Of a DNA stretch of 64,000 nt, positions 1-14,900 are shown piece by piece. The position numbers were made by a program, and so were the translations under genes. The stretch is from Tricharina praecox (Eukaryota). The stretch covers positions 124,001 to 188,000 of the forward strand of contig NW_026250406.1 of the NCBI RefSeq assembly GCF_024521635.1. Direction: 5' to 3'. Numbering within the stretch: the stretch's first letter is position 1; each line of letters starts with the position of its first letter. Under the pieces are notes generated by a model, which worked only from the letters and a program-made list of their open reading frames with translations, searched no databases and was not told where the DNA came from.

Positions 1-111
1 ATCCATCATCACGTCATGACTCATTAGATACTCACCCAATTCCCCCCTCCTCCTCCCCCATCTCCTCCTCCTCCTTTTGACATGCCATCCCATTGCCGCA
101 TCACCGGCTGC

Positions 112-626
112 TTAGAAAATCCCCAAAAACCTCCCCTTATCGTCCTGATCCGGATGTGCCTCGACGACCTCGATGACCTCAGCCTCAGACGGACTCGGCT
201 CCTCCGCGTCAACGACGCGGATATGGTCTGCGTCGGGGCTGCCCGAACCCCTTCCGTAGCCGCCGGGATACGACGGGCCCGAAACCCGCTCCTGCATTCA
301 TTCCATCAGCACTCACATCTACGAATATCTTCGGGGAATGGGAGGGGGGAAAGGCATACCACAACGCGCTCTGTCACCCTCCGCCGCCCGTCGGGGCCCT
401 TTTCAAGATCGGTCGAGGAATCGCTGCTACTGGTGTAATCGCTGCCGTCGCCGCGCCCGCCAGCACCGCCGCCACCGCCCCCGCCGCTACCAGACCCACG
501 GCCCCGTCCCCCGAACCCGAGGAAGTTCGGTCGGTGGCAGTACATGCATGTGCAGAGGACTACCGCGCAGATCACTAAAGCCGAGAAGAAGATCGGGAGG
601 AAGACAGCGATTTGCGGTTTAGTCAT
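112..626 (-). CDS. Small hypothetical single-pass membrane protein (2 exons: 626-360, 291-112)
   Basis: ATG at 626 gives MTKPQIAVFLPIFFSALVICAVVLCTCMYC (hydrophobic helix) then a Gly/Ser-rich tail. A GTATGC...GCTGAT...CAG intron (359-292) joins in frame to ERVSGPSYPGG...GRFLGIF*. Confidence 0.6.
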
Positions 627-2742
627 TGTGCGGGAGGAGGGGAGGTGTCGAGGGGAGTGGAGTCGAGGCGCACGGATGTTGCGGGGAGGGTGTTTCGTTT
701 CGTTTCGTGTTTCGTGAGTGAGTGAGTGCGTTTTTTTCGTGAGACCGCGCAAAGAAGGAAGTAGGGTGAAGAACGAAAAAAACGGTCGATGTGTGTGTGT
801 CAAGATCGCACTGGTCACTGGTGGTGGACACTGGTGGTCTGGCGGTGGTCTGGCGGTTCCGGATCTTCGCTCCCTCCCCAGCCACTCACAGGCAACACTC
901 ACAGGCAGCACACACACTGCACACTGCACACACACACCCGCCTTCTCAATTAATTTTCCTTCCTTGCCTGGTTGGTTGCTGACTCGGGCTCGGGCTCGGT
1001 GGCGTAAAGTAAATAACGGCTGTCGCCCCTTCCACGCTCCACGCTCCACGCTCCACGCGACCGGCGAGTGGCATTTCCCAAGCGTGCAAGTGCGCAGAGC
1101 GCAGAACGGAGAGCATTGAGAATGCATGAATCTTCAGCCCTGTGCCGTGCTGTGCGCGCTCGCTATCGCGAGTGTCAACGTTAGATAGCTACGGTACTCT
1201 ATGTACGAGCGGTAGGTACTCTATCGCTCGTTACATGGAACTTGGAAGGAACGAAGCGTATGGCTCGTGCACTTTTCCGTCGCGTTGAGCCTTGAGGCTG
1301 TTTGGCGAGGCGAGGCTACATAGGCGAGACGAGACGAGACGAGGCTAGGCGAGGAGAGGCGAGGCGAGGCGGGGCGAGTGATGTCTGGCAGTACTGTTAG
1401 AGTGGAGTACTGGTAGGCTGGACGGTTAGTAAGCCGGTATGAGGCCCAGTAACTGAGCGAGTGTTTGCGAGTGTCTGGCAGTCTGCGAGTGAGTTGCTCT
1501 TGCTCTGTGCTCTGTGTTCCTCCAGGCTCCAGCTGTCCGTTTCAACATCCGAAAGTGCCGTGTTGACTCTTCGTATAGACAACCACTCTACCGTAGAGCA
1601 CCTACCAGTAGAGCACCTCGATGCGGTGGAGGTACTCTGCATACAAACGGTATCATTTGGATAGGTACGGGGTAGTTATAGGGTAGTTAATATCCTCAAC
1701 CTTCCTCATCTTTCCCCGCGTTCTCCCCGTATGTATGCACTCCCCGTATGCACTCTACTCTACTCCACTCTACTCTGTTCAATTGCCTATACGCTATTGC
1801 ATTTCCGGGAAACAATTCCTGACTTCCACTCCACAGCAATACTGGTAGAGTATCGACCGACTCCGAGTCCCCAACGACCGTCGACGATGGACCGCCAGAC
1901 CGGAAGACACCCAGTGTCTGTGATTCCTGCAGTCGGGCCGGCGACGCATGTATGTATGTAGTATGTAGGGCGGGTTGTGGGTTATGGGTAACTACATCCA
2001 CATACATCCACATACTGTACCTACCTATCTACACAACATACACTGTATACATACACTGCCGCCTGTATGTACCGCCCACCGGCTGGAGCGTCTCAGTTGG
2101 AGCTCAGTTCGAAGTTCCAACTCGGCGGTCGAGTCCAGTACTACCGGTATGGTATCGCTGTGCCAGCTCGTCCACTGGCTGGCTGGCTGGCCGTGTCTAA
2201 TTCAATTCAATTCACTGCAGAAGTCTCGCTGTAGTTGTGTAGATCTCATTTTCGTGGTCGACTCTACATGTGCTCCCGTAACGATCCGACCGACCAACCA
2301 GCCAACTAACCGCGGTACGGTGCGGGACAGGTACCCACATACTCTACATACCCCTCCTCTTCGTACCTTGGGCTTATGTATGTCGATTATGCCGAGTAGT
2401 ATATGTATGCAGTTACAGTTCCCTTCCCTTCCGTTCCCGCGGAAAGGCTTGGGCTTGGTTTGGGCTTGGATTAGGTTAGGCTTGGATTAGGTTTGGTTTG
2501 GATTGGGGGTTCGGTCACCTCGGTGTGTGTCGGAAACGTGTAGCTTTTTTTCCTTCTTTACTTTCGCTGGATGCCTTGTGGTAGTGGAGGAGAAGGAGGG
2601 GATGAGTGAGATGATAGATCACTATTCCTACCGAGCAGAGTGCCTACTTCTCACTAGAGTAGTAACAATAGTAACACCACCCAGTTTCAACTTGCAACTT
2701 TCCGCTCGTATGTATGTAATCGCGAACTGCACTTTTCTCCCG

Positions 2743-2790
2743 TCCATCCGCATGTCCATCCGCATGTCCATCCGCATGTCCATCCGCATT
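2743..2790. repeat. (TCCATCCGCATG)n tandem repeat, about 4 units
   Basis: Read directly from sequence. Confidence 0.85.
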
Positions 2791-3939
2791 CCGCATTCCC
2801 GCACGCACCACACTCGTATGTAAAAACCGGAAATCCCACGATCGCACAAGTAATCGAGTCGTGGTGGAATGGTGGTGGTGGAGTGCCGGTTGAATCTAAA
2901 AGTCACCCCTCCCACCCCACAGCGGCGATGCAGGCCCGACTCCCACTTCCCACTTACCGTACTTCCCGGCATCGCGTTGCCACGGCCGACTGACCGACTG
3001 TCAGAAATCCCAGCCGCGCCGGAAGGACCGCAGGTGCGGTGCGGTGGGGTGCGGGGAGCATCATGGTTAGTTAGGCGCAGGTGATGGTCTACCTACATAC
3101 ATAGACACGGGCACCTACCTGGCTGGCTGGCTGGCTGGTTAATATATCGAGAGCGCGCGAGTGGGCAGATACCGTACCTACCCCAGAAAATCTGGATGGG
3201 TGCGTATCTAGGTGGGTGCGTGGGTGCAAGGTGGGTGTGCTGCCCCTGGCATGAGGGCGAACGAGGGGTAGGATGGGATGGGATGGGATGTGAGGAGTGG
3301 GCGGGGTTTTTTTACTTTCTTTCTCGACTGCTGTCGGCAGAGATGGATGCGAAGGACGGATGGTTGTGCGATTGTGAGTGGAGTGAGAGTTTCGATGCCA
3401 TTGTGAGCGAGACCAAGTGGGGCGAATGGCGGCGGCGACAATGGACGAGGGAGCAAGGCGAGATCCGTCGATTGGCATTATTTCGATGGCATCGTTTTGG
3501 CTTTGTTGAGGGCCGGGGCTTCGTCTTCGTATTATCCTCCCCTTCCGTCGTCGGCGACTCGTCGTGGCTGCTTGCGATTGTCCGGTGGCTCGCCTCACTC
3601 CCGCTCCGACTCGTGCCTCTCTCTCGGTCTCACGTTCTGCCCCACCCCCCGGAGACTATCAACCGAGTGAACATCAAGCATCATGGTTTGGACTTGTCCG
3701 TGTTCGGTTTCGCCATGGTTAACTTAGCACTTGGTGCTCTTCCAGCAAGGTGGTTGCAGCATCGTCATCGCTGGTGCCAACTTTGTGTGCAGGTAGAGTG
3801 GAGTTGTCGTGCGGCGAGGACAGGGAGCTGGGGGCCAAGGCAGGCACGCAGGAAGGCAAGGGTAAGAGGGTAAGCAAGATTGAGGTGGATAAAGTTAGTC
3901 GAGAGTTGGGGAGCGGAGAGTGTAGAGCAGAGCAGAGGG

Positions 3940-4285
3940 AGTAAGAGGGTGAGAGAAACAGAAGGGGGAGTGGAGGGGGAGAGAGAGGGGGAGGGAGAAA
4001 GGGGAGGGAAACAGAGGGAGACAGTGGAAGACAGAGAGAGACAGACAGAAACAGACAGAGACAGACAGAAACAGACAGAGACAGACAGAAACAGACAGAG
4101 ACAGACGCTGAGAGGAAGGACAGCAACACGCACGGGGCACCTCTCGTCACCATCTTGTTCGCGTTTCGTTCTCACGTCCACCGCTCGCCTTGTCGTTTGC
4201 TACGAACGCAGAGAGAGGAAGAGGAAGAGGGACCGAGACATAGAGAGACAGAGAAAGAGAGATGGAGATTGAGACAGAGAGACGG
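3940..4285. repeat. Purine-rich GA/GACA low-complexity tract
   Basis: (GACA)/(GAGA)/(GAAA) iterations; explains the spurious low-complexity ORFs at 3719-4272. Confidence 0.8.
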
Positions 4286-6243
4286 TGAACTTTTCCACTC
4301 CGCATTCCAGTATACCACTCATCACTCACGTATGTACACTACTTTGCACACTGTACCTGCTGAGATCCCCATTCTCCCTTCAGCTGTGCATCCGTACCAC
4401 GAATACCGTCCAGGTGTCCTGCGTCGAGCATACCGCACGGTACGGCAGAGTAATCCGCCCCCCAAAGTGACTGAGCAGCTCGCAGTTGCAGCAGCGATCA
4501 AAGCTCAACGAGGGAGACCACCAGCATCGACAGCGACATCGATGCACAGCAGCCGCACGGCAACAGCAACATCTGCATCCTTACAGCCGTTCCTGTTCTC
4601 CCCCACGACTTCCCATCCTCATCCTTCCATCCATTCGCTCGAGCACTGACTGGCTGTCTGTCCGTCTCGTAACTCGTTCTCTTCACACCCCTCTCAGTCT
4701 CTGTTCGTCGCCGTGCTGTCCGTTCAATTCCCTCCGCTCCGTTCCACCCTTTCTACTTCCCAAGTACTTGGGTATATACTATATTCCCTCTCGGTCTCTA
4801 GTTATATACAGCCACCACACACACCGATTCCCCCATCATCTCCCTCGCTCGCTCCTTTTCCGCGCCGTACTCACTCATTCCCACTCACAATCCCAACCCT
4901 CAGATCGTCATTGTTGTAACTACCGTACCCCTTCTCCTGCTAGTTACTCCTTTTCCGCAACAACAATCCCTCCATCCCCCCAAAAGGGCAAGTACCTTCC
5001 GTAACAATTCCCACTCTACATACCAAAGTAGAACAGCATCAGCATCTCCATCGTCGATACCACATTCGTTATTTTGCCTGCAGTTCCTTTCTCCTTGACG
5101 CGAAGAGAACCAGTCGAAAAACTGAGCGAGAGAACGAGAGAACGACAGAACGACAGAAGACGCGCCGTAACCTCCATTGCAACAGTCCATCTAACTTTCC
5201 CCAACCCAACCACCCCCTGTCTCCACCAGTCGGTCAGATCGAGTCAAGTCGGTTCGGAGTCCATCGATCAAGTTGCACTGCGCTACCACTATTACCGCTA
5301 CCACCACCACCGTCCAAACCCATTCGACATCACTCTCCGCATACCTGCCGCCAAAACCACACTCAACCCCCCGTCTTACAGCTTCCACCACCACTACCAC
5401 CACCACTACCACCACCTCTACCTACCACAGCTACCACAACCACAACATCCACCACCAACCTCTACTGCAGCCATCCACTGCCAACTCTTCCCACCCCTCA
5501 ATCTTCAGCTGTCCCGCCACCCCAGTGTCTGTCCCAGCTGAGCACATCCGCCCCCCCCCCCCCCGAATATCAACTTCGCAGTCAAACCCCCCCCTCTCCT
5601 TGAACGTTGTACCCGCTCAGCGCTCACCATCACCACCACCTCTTCTCGGAATCTCCGTTTCTGTCCGATACCGTTCTTCTATTCTTCGATCCGCTCGTCC
5701 ATCTTCTGATCACACGTTTCCCCTACCCCACCACCACCGCCGAACGAGATTCTCCATCTCGAGCTGCTCGCACGGATACCATAACTCTTGTCAGCAAGGA
5801 GTAGCCGGTCGTAAGAGAGTCGAACCCGCCACCACCACCACCACCACCACCATCACCACCTCCTCATCCCATCTATACCTCCTCTCCTCGTACGCACCTT
5901 CGCTTTCGCTTCTATTCTCTGCTGCTGTTCCACTAGTAGCCACAGAAAACTCTCGGGATCCCCCGTTGTTGATTTAACCCTCATTCGCCGGTCGAAGCAA
6001 TCCCTGTTGCCCACCCCCCGTCGGTTATATTTGGCGACAGTCCATCTCCAGCCAGGAACGAGCCCCCATTCTCGTAGCCACCCACTTCATCCGTACACGC
6101 ACGAATCATATTTTGGATAACCCAAAAGTAACTCGGCAGCGCTCCAATCGATCGATCCGCTTTCTGCCCCAACTCACCGCGCCGTCACCTCCCACCCCCC
6201 GAGGCCAATCCATCAGTTATCGAGGCCCAACAGGACGCGGTTT

Positions 6244-8542
6244 ATGACGCTGAATCCCGCCAGCGGATTTTCCCCTTCCTCCCAGTTGCATATTACCCCA
6301 CACAACAGCAACGACGTCGACGCTGCTTCTACACGGCGGAGGAACACGGTTGGCTTGCCAACGTCCGCTGCCTTCAAGCCCGCCGCCGCCATTGCGCTCC
6401 AACAGGCACCGCCGGCGACTCAGCACCCTTTCCTGCCCACGCTCTCGCCAGGGCAGCTACAATCACCATCTCCGCCATCGCATCCACTGAACTCTCCGTT
6501 GCAACCCGGGGGTCCGGCTACGGGGGTAAACGGCACGCGGTACAGGAGTAAATCTCCGTCAAACAATCTCCGCAACAACAGCGGCGGCAAAGCAGTGTCG
6601 CCTCACAGCAGGCATCAGCAGTCGAGGTCGCCGGAGAGGGGAATCGAGCAGAAACTGCAAGGAGGATCGAGTACTGCTACCGATTGCGGGGGTTGGTTGG
6701 GTAATGGACGCAAGAACGACAACAGGCAAAACCACCTCAACCCCAAAAGTGGCCCATTCAACATGCAGGGGAAACGAAACGATGTTGTTCCACCATCGAT
6801 AGCAGTCCAGCGGCCGTCGTTTCGGCATTCGCCACATTCAATGTCGATGCCCTCGACCCCAAACTATCAACAACGTCACATGACCAACGGCGTCTCCCGG
6901 AGCCCTTCGCCACCTACCTGTATGCTCGACTCCCCACGCTCGGCCGCTTCCGAACCCCTATCCACCGTCATGACGTTTTCCAAGGCACCACCGCCACCGA
7001 TGAGTGGATGCAGGTACGAGACGTTGTTGATCGACGCCAAGAGGCGGATACCATATTCGCTGGGGAGCGATAGGCTCAAGCCGGAGAAGCCGCTGCTGGA
7101 AAAGCTGCCGCTCTCCCGCGAGGAGGCATTGACGAGAGATATGGAGTTGGAATTCGAGAAGTTGAAGCCCAGCAAGGAGAGCGAAGATCGGAGACGAAAG
7201 TTCTTGGACAAACTCTCACGGATATTGAACGAGGAGTGGCCCGGTCACGATACAAAGGTGCATGCGTTTGGTTCAACTGAGAATCACCTTTGCATGGAAG
7301 ATTCAGATGGTAAGGGAACGATAATAGCCGCGATACCCCCTCCTCTTTCCTTTAATGAATTCAGGCTTATCTTTTTCTTTCTTAGTGGATGTCTGTATCA
7401 CCACCAAATGCAGGGAAATCGAGTCGACATGCAAACTGGCGAAGGCACTAGCAAAACGTGGGTCATCCAGGCAGCTTTTTTTTGCAAATATATGCGAAAG
7501 GGTGAATAAACAGCAGTTCTAACTCGATGTTTCATCTAGGCGGTATGGACAGGATCGTATGTGTGCCAGGAGCCAAGGTGCCGATCGTAAAGATTTGGGA
7601 TCCGGAGTACATGGTGGCGTGCGACATGAATGTCAACAGCACCCTGGCACTCGATAATACGAGAATGATCAAGACCTATGTGGAGATCGACGAGCGAGTT
7701 CGGCCGCTGGCACTGATATTGAAGCACTGGACGAAGCAACGAGTGTTGAATAATGCCGGTGAGTGAAGGCATAAGCCTGTGAGTCAGTGGGGGATCGATA
7801 CTGATTATATGTGGCAGCCATCGGAGGAACGCTGAGTTCTTACACATGGATCTGCATGATTCTCAATTTCTTGCAGACGCGCGAACCCCCGGTGCTACCA
7901 TCGTTACATATGCTCCCTCACAAGAAGAAGCCACCAAATCACGGCGTGGATGTTTCCTTCGCCGACGACATCGAGACGTTACGAGGCTGGGGGAAGGACA
8001 ACAAGGAGACGCTGGGAGAGTTGCTGTTCGCCTTTTTCAAGAAATACGGCCACGATCTGGATTACGAGAAGAGCGTGATATCCGTGAGGACGGGGAGGCT
8101 GCTGGCCAAAGCGGACAAGGGCTGGGTATATCAGCAGAACAATCGGTTATGCGTCGAGGAGCCTTTCAACACCACCCGGAATTTGGGCAACACTGCGGAT
8201 GATTGCTCGATGCGCGGAATACATCTGGAGTTTAGGAGGGCACATAGGCTACTGGCCGAAAAGGGGGATCTGGCCGAGTGTTGTGAGCAGTTCGAATATC
8301 CGCCAGAAGAAATCCATCCGTTACCGCCACCGCCACCACCATCACGGCCTGTTACCTTGTCTAGGAGCAATTCCAATCATAAGAATCGAAACAATGGGTT
8401 CTCCGCGGGAGGTCAGCGCGGGGGAGGACAGGGAGGACGGTTTCAGTATAACAACCATAATCGGAATCACAACCAGAACCGCCGGGGCTCCAATGGTGCT
8501 GCGTTTAATCAGAACATGATGCAGCAACAACAGCAACAACAG

Positions 8543-8577
<35 letters not shown>

Positions 8578-10210
8578 ACAGGCGCAACAGCAACAACATC
8601 CTTACTACCCTGCTGAGATGTTTGGTTACGTCCCAACCACCCAAGAGCAGCTGGCTCTCATTCAGGCTCAGATTCAGGCGCACGCCCATGCTCAGGCGCA
8701 ACTGATTCACGCCGCCCAAGTTCACGCGCAAATGCACTCGCAGCATCAGAACGGGTCTCAATCGCAATCAAACGGCACGACACCTTCCCGGGAAGTTGCC
8801 AATCCGTTCTTTACGTGGCCATACCTAGCCCATCTCTACGGACTCAACCAGTTTTACAATGGATTCCCCATGGGTCAGGGTGCTACAGGCGGTGATGTAC
8901 CGACGGTAGGGGGGTCACCTCCACGTACGCCGGCAGCAATGGTTGAGGGGGTGAACGGCAACAGGCTCGGGTCGGGTCGTGGCGGTCGCCGGAACGGGGG
9001 CTATACCAATGGTTCGCGATCGCAGTCACAGCCACCGTCGCTGTATCCCACCAATGGATACGGTCGAAGCGTGCCAGTCGTTGGTGTTGCGAACTCGGAG
9101 GACGATGACTTTGCTGACCATTCGTCGAACAGCAACCAGCCCGAGACGCCACCGGAAGAGGAAGCCGATGAGTATGTTGGTTACTACACGATAGGCCAGG
9201 CACTTCAGTCGGATCTTGACGTAGTGGTTGGGGAGGACGAACAGGGGACGGAGGAGACGTTTCTGGAGCAGAAGACTGTTGTGGATCGACACAAACGAGT
9301 TTCAAACGAGCGGCTACCTGCTTCGATGTTGGGACTGGTGCGAGGGACTTCTCCTGGTCCTGCGAATCGGAAAGGGGTCGCCGTGAATGGGAACTTATCC
9401 CATCCATTCGTGGGTCCGAATCCCGGCGAGCTTGTGTTTCCGTTTGTTGCTAGTGCTGCAGTCAACGGCGTCAACGGTACATCCGCGAAAATAGACGTCG
9501 GCAGCCAAGGGTACGCGCAGAAGCTACTCGAGGTGCACAATCAGAGATTGGACGCGACACTCCGTGGGTCTGCTGCACAGCACGACCAGCCTTCGACTTC
9601 TTACTCGGGTGTTCCGGTTTCACCAGCTACCACCATGTCGACATTCGACGGTTCAAATTCGGAGGGTGGTCAAGCGGAGAGTTCGGATTCGCTGAAGATG
9701 TCGCCGAGCGTGCGGCAGCGCACTGCTGCTCAACAGGCCATGATCCAGGAAGACTTGACGCTCTCACCTGTCGTTGAGGTTCCGACGCCACCTCCTCAGA
9801 CTTCGGCACGGAAAGGACAGGAACCGAAATCTCCGACGGATACGGCCAAGCGGGAAACGAAGCCGGTCGGCAGTGGCAATGGCGGGTCGAAGAAGAAGAA
9901 TGTTTCCTCCTCCAACACCAAGGACGATCCGGTCCCTCCTACGCCTGCACCAGAGAAGTCTGGTCAGCAGCAGCAGAGGAACGGCAATGCTAGGTCTAAG
10001 GGTAACGGAAGCAACAAGTCTACACCCACCAAAGGCAAGAAAGAACCTACTGAGACCAAGGTGGAGGCAAAGGCTGGAGAGGCCAATGGGGCGAGCACGG
10101 CTACTAGTGGTACCCCTAAGGCCACATTCAAGAAGTGCAAGCCGAAGAGACGTACAATACCCAACATTCGGGAGGTGGCAGCAAAGGATGCCGAGAGGAA
10201 GGGCGGATGA
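6244..10210 (+). CDS. Cid1/Cid13-family non-canonical poly(A)/poly(U) polymerase (terminal nucleotidyltransferase), 3 introns around 7310-7818
   Basis: Pol-beta NTase motif FGS...DSD(V)D split by an intron; AKVPIVK, CDMNVN, LKHWTKQR, GGTLSSY and the PAP-associated LCVEEPFNTTRNLGN motif; long low-complexity C-terminus. Confidence 0.93.
8522..8598 (+). repeat. CAG/CAA poly-Q tract inside the nucleotidyltransferase gene
   Basis: Mixed CAG/CAA run encoding more than 20 Gln. Confidence 0.9.
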
Positions 10211-11102
10211 ACATGAGACCGAGAGATATCACGATTGGACGTTGACTTGCTGAGTGGGATAGATTCGCGTTTGCTTTTCTTGTTTTATGTTTGACCCTTT
10301 CTTTTTCGTTTTCGTATTTCTTCGGTTCTCGGGGCCTATTAGCAGAGCCATCATCATCGTTCATCAGCATCGTTGGTACGGGGCCGGCATTCGGGGTTTG
10401 GTTTGTTCGGTTTGGACATGACTTGGGAATGGGTCGGATGGGGGGGGGGGGTGGGGGAATGGTATGGGGAGGTGAATGTTCGTTTTCCGAGTTTCTGTTC
10501 AGTTTTTTGTAAGATGAGGACAACTGCTTGCTTTTCGATGTTCTTTTGCTCTTTGTTTTTCTTCTAACATTCCACCTTTACGATTATTGTTTTTTTTTGC
10601 TACACGACCAGGACAAAAAAGGCGCAGTTTTTTTTTTTTCTCTTTTTTTTTCTTCGTTTTCTGTTTCGGTTTCTGTTTTATGGGACTTTTTTTTTTTGTT
10701 CTTTTGCTGGCTTTTATTTTATCGATGGTTTTTTCTTTCTTCGAGGGTTCAACTGTTAATGCGTTTGGGGAACTTGGTTGGTTTGTTTGGGGGGGGGGTT
10801 TTTTTTGTTTTTTTTTTGTTTTGTTTTGTGCTGTGCTGTACTGTGCTATCGTCCGGGGGAGGGCTGATGAAGTTGAGGATGTGGATGTGGACTACCTATA
10901 CACCGCGGGGGAAAGGGGGGGGGGAGATGGATGGAGATGGGTGGGTGGATGTTGAGAGGTGGGAGGTGGGAGGTGGGAGGTGGGAGGTGGGAGGGGAGGG
11001 GAGGGGAGGGGAGGGGATGGAAGGATGGGTTGGGTTGGGTTGGCGCAGTATATTATATTATATATCTCGATATCTTGTATACTTCTTGGTTCTTGAGTGA
11101 CT

Positions 11103-11136
11103 TGATGTGATGTGATGTGATGTGATGTGATGTGAT
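11103..11136. repeat. (TGATG)n microsatellite
   Basis: Read directly. Confidence 0.9.
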
Positions 11137-11956
11137 GGTGAGTAAAAGAGACGCTGGCCGGACCGGACTGCGGAGGGCGACGTAGAGGCCGAGGTATGAG
11201 GTAAGCACACGGGATCACTCGGCAGTTTTCCAGTTCTCCGGGATATCGTCGTAATGAGGTGGGGTGGACATAGGGGTAGGCGGCACATAAGTACAATGAG
11301 CTTGTTCGCTCTAAGCGTGCGGAAGTTAGAATGGCTCGCTCTGGTAGGCTACATACGGGAGTGGAGAATACTACCTACTATATGTATAGCCCGGTATTAC
11401 TTCATGTGTTAGCCATGGCCCATGGGCCAATAGTCCACAGACTCCATCACTCCGTCACTGCTGCACACTCGCGGAAGTAAAATGTAGTGGAGTTAGTAGT
11501 CATGGTCGGTGGAAGGTACGAGTGATAAGTACGAGTGATAGCCACGAGATACCACGATAGAAAAGCTCGAATCCCATCTATTCCCCCGCCTCCTAGGTAT
11601 GTAGATAATCCACAGCCATCCACAGCCATCCCCCATGCCCCCCGCCATAGCAACGGATAAAAAGTGAAATCATGGGTAACATCAAGATCAAGCAAGCATC
11701 ATTAATCAATCAATCGCATCATCAATCAATCAATCAATCGCAGCACAAGTACCGTATCTAAGCAGCAAAAGCAAGCAGGTAAAAGCAAGCAAAACGCCCC
11801 GCCCATCACTCACTCCCTCACCCTTCACTACACACACTACTTCCGTACGTTCTCCACCCTCCCCTCTCTGCCATCCCTGCCATCTCTGCTGTCTCTGTTG
11901 TCTCTACTGGCTCTACCCTGACCAACGCGCTTCCTCCATTTTCGGAACCTCCGGTA

Positions 11957-14900
11957 CTACCTTGAGTTTCCGGCCTGCTGTGAGCCCGCTCCCGCTGAGG
12001 AGGAGCCGACGGAGGGAAGCGGGCTCTTACCCCGCTGGACGGTCTGGCAGTCCCATTCGTACTATATCCCGTCGTTAGCCTCTCTCTCCATCTACCAGTG
12101 CACCAAAACAAAAGGGGGGGGGGGCATACCACACGCCCCATCTCATCACCAGTGTAGACAGCGGCGGGCATGGGGAGGACCTCCGTGATCGCAGCCTGGA
12201 CCACGATCTCGCTCTGGAACTGATTCACGTGCTGGAGGCGCTTTACATGGAGCAGCTCGAAGCCGCCGAGCTTGCCGACGCGCTTCTGCCATATGTTGAC
12301 GATGCCGCGCTTGTGTCCCGTAAAGACGAGCTCGCGCTCGAGCCACTCGTTGCCGAACCCTTCGTAGAACGCGCACGAGACGATAGCGTCGTCGCTAGAT
12401 TCGCACACGTTCTGTCGCAGCATGAGAGCGCCGTTGATCGTGAAGATTGTTGCGGTCTGGCCCGCGCAGAGGAGGATCTCGCCGGATACGTCGTTGACCG
12501 CGAGGCAGGTTACGGGTGACGGCGTGGGGAGGTGGCGGATGAACCGCAGGCGGTTGAGGTCCCAGAGGGAGACGGTCAGGTCGTTACTAGCGGTGACGAG
12601 GGTGGAGAAGCTCCGCGAGAGGGCCATGGTCATCACGGGGGCGACGTGGTTGAAGAGCGTGGAGCGGTGGATCAGTTCCACGGATTTGGCGGTGGACTTG
12701 AGCGCCCAGACCGAGACCGTGCCGTCGGTGCCTGCAGTGATGAGGGTTTTGGAGTCGGCAAACTTGGCGCACGAGAGCTGGCCCTGGTGGATGTGTTCGT
12801 GGTGACCGATGAGTTTCTTGCTCTCCGTGTGGTAGAAGCGGACACTGGCGTCGGTGAAGCCCCATTCCATGTATTTGTCGTACGTCGGCGGGATGTTGAG
12901 TCTGAACGCACCCGAACAGAACACCTTCTCGAATTTAGGTGAGTATACCAGCGATGCGACCCGTTCATGACTATCTGTAGACCGGTTAGCCATCCATCCT
13001 CCCAGTCAAAGCGATTACGGGTCCATACCTAGCAAGGGAAACGGCAGTCTAATCAAGCTCTCCGCGCCCACATCGAGCCTTGCACCCTGCGTAGCCCCCG
13101 AATCCTTCTGCGCATGGCTCCTGGCAAAAACCTGATGCGGCGTCTGTCCGAAATTATGGATGATCCCAATCGTTGCCAGGCGTTCCACCGGGTCTTGAAT
13201 ATTATCGAGATCAATCGCACCGGAGTAGCTGAGGTAATGGAAGACATTCGTAGCCTCGACGGCAGCCTCACCTCGCTGCTTAAATCCAAACACCAAATCG
13301 ATCCACTCGTGCAGATGCTGGCTGACATACGGACTCTCGAGGGCCTCGCGGTGCTTGGCGATGAAGATCTTGGGATCACCCTTTGCCCAGGGTGGGAGAA
13401 CGACGTCGTTGATTGGCTCGTCGGTGCCCTGCTTCATGCCAAAGTTGTAGTCGTTGGAATTGACCAGGAATTCGGGCATGAAGAAGAACTCTGGAATCAG
13501 TTCGCGCACATCCGTCATGTTATCCCTCGAGGCCGAAGCCCACGCCTTCTCTATCGAATAGAACAGTCGATCCGCATGGTCGAACTGTCCACCCTGCAGC
13601 AGAAGGTACGACTGAACGAATGGCTGGATGCGGATCAAGAAGGAGCACACGATCATGGCCGACGAGAAGTGCGTTCCGTAGTGAAACGGCGGCGACGCCT
13701 GGTCATTGATATCGCCGAACGAGCGATACCTCTCGCGGAACTCATTCTGCCTCTCGGGCGTCTGGGCTCCCATAGGCTTCGAAAAGTCCCTGAAAGTCCT
13801 CGGGTTCTTAAGATCGAGTTCTTCACTGGTATAATCCGCCAATACCCACGGGAAAACCGGATACTGAGTGAGATCGTTGAACGTCCTGCCAGCCATGGTA
13901 TTGACCAGCATCAGATAGTGGAAATTCGAGATTTCGCCCTTGATCCACTTCTTTGTCGCCGGATTCTGTGTGGGAGATCCAAAGACGTTCGCCAGCTTCG
14001 ATCCGAAATTCGACGGCGCCTCTTGGGTCTTCAAGGACTCGGTCCTCCAGACATCGCCGGTCCATGGCGTGGCAGCATTGCTACTAACATTTGCCGCCTT
14101 CGACAGGAGCCGAGTATGCACGTAGTCCCTCTCCTTTACCGACATGGTGGTGAGAAGATAGCTCCTTCCATCCGAAAAGAACAGCTCCAGCGCCACATCG
14201 CGGAACAGGAACCGACGCTTGCTGATACTGATCAGCTCCTCGAAGGACCAGTGCCTTGTCTCGTGTTCGCTCGACACTGGCTTGCGGTCTTCCGCTTCCC
14301 GGCCCGAAATCATCTGCAGATATTGATCTCTCTCGTCCTTCGGTGCTTGCCATACATTCATAATCTCGCCGTCGGACCGCTGAAAAAAGTTGTCGATGAG
14401 GTACAGACAGTTCTTACCTATAATCAAGAGTCCTTCGACGGCGTCGAGTCCAATGAGTCTGGAAACGTTGCTAACCGATTCCACCACATCACCGTGCTGG
14501 ATGCTTCTCAAAACCTTCCGGTTCTTATCTTCCCAGCCGTCATCGTCTTCCTTGGGGTCGTCGACCAACTCGTAGTCATCATCCATATCATCGTCTCCGC
14601 CGTCTCGACCAGTGTGCTGCCGATCCTGTTCCGGGCTGCCAGGGTCCACGTCTTTGGCCGTCATGATGCTGATCTCATCGCAATCGACCGAGAGGGCATG
14701 CGCTCTTGTAGGCGTCAGGTTTTGCCCGCCGTCACCAAGGCCGGTGAGCCTTCTCTTCGGCTGGTAATTATGCAGATGTCCGCTGCGATCTGGGAGCATC
14801 CGCTTCCTCATGCGATTTCTACCCTCGGTGAGATCGAGCCGCCACTTGACATCCTGGCCGTCATCGAGCAGCCCGCACGGCCTCGTCAACTCGGCATCCA

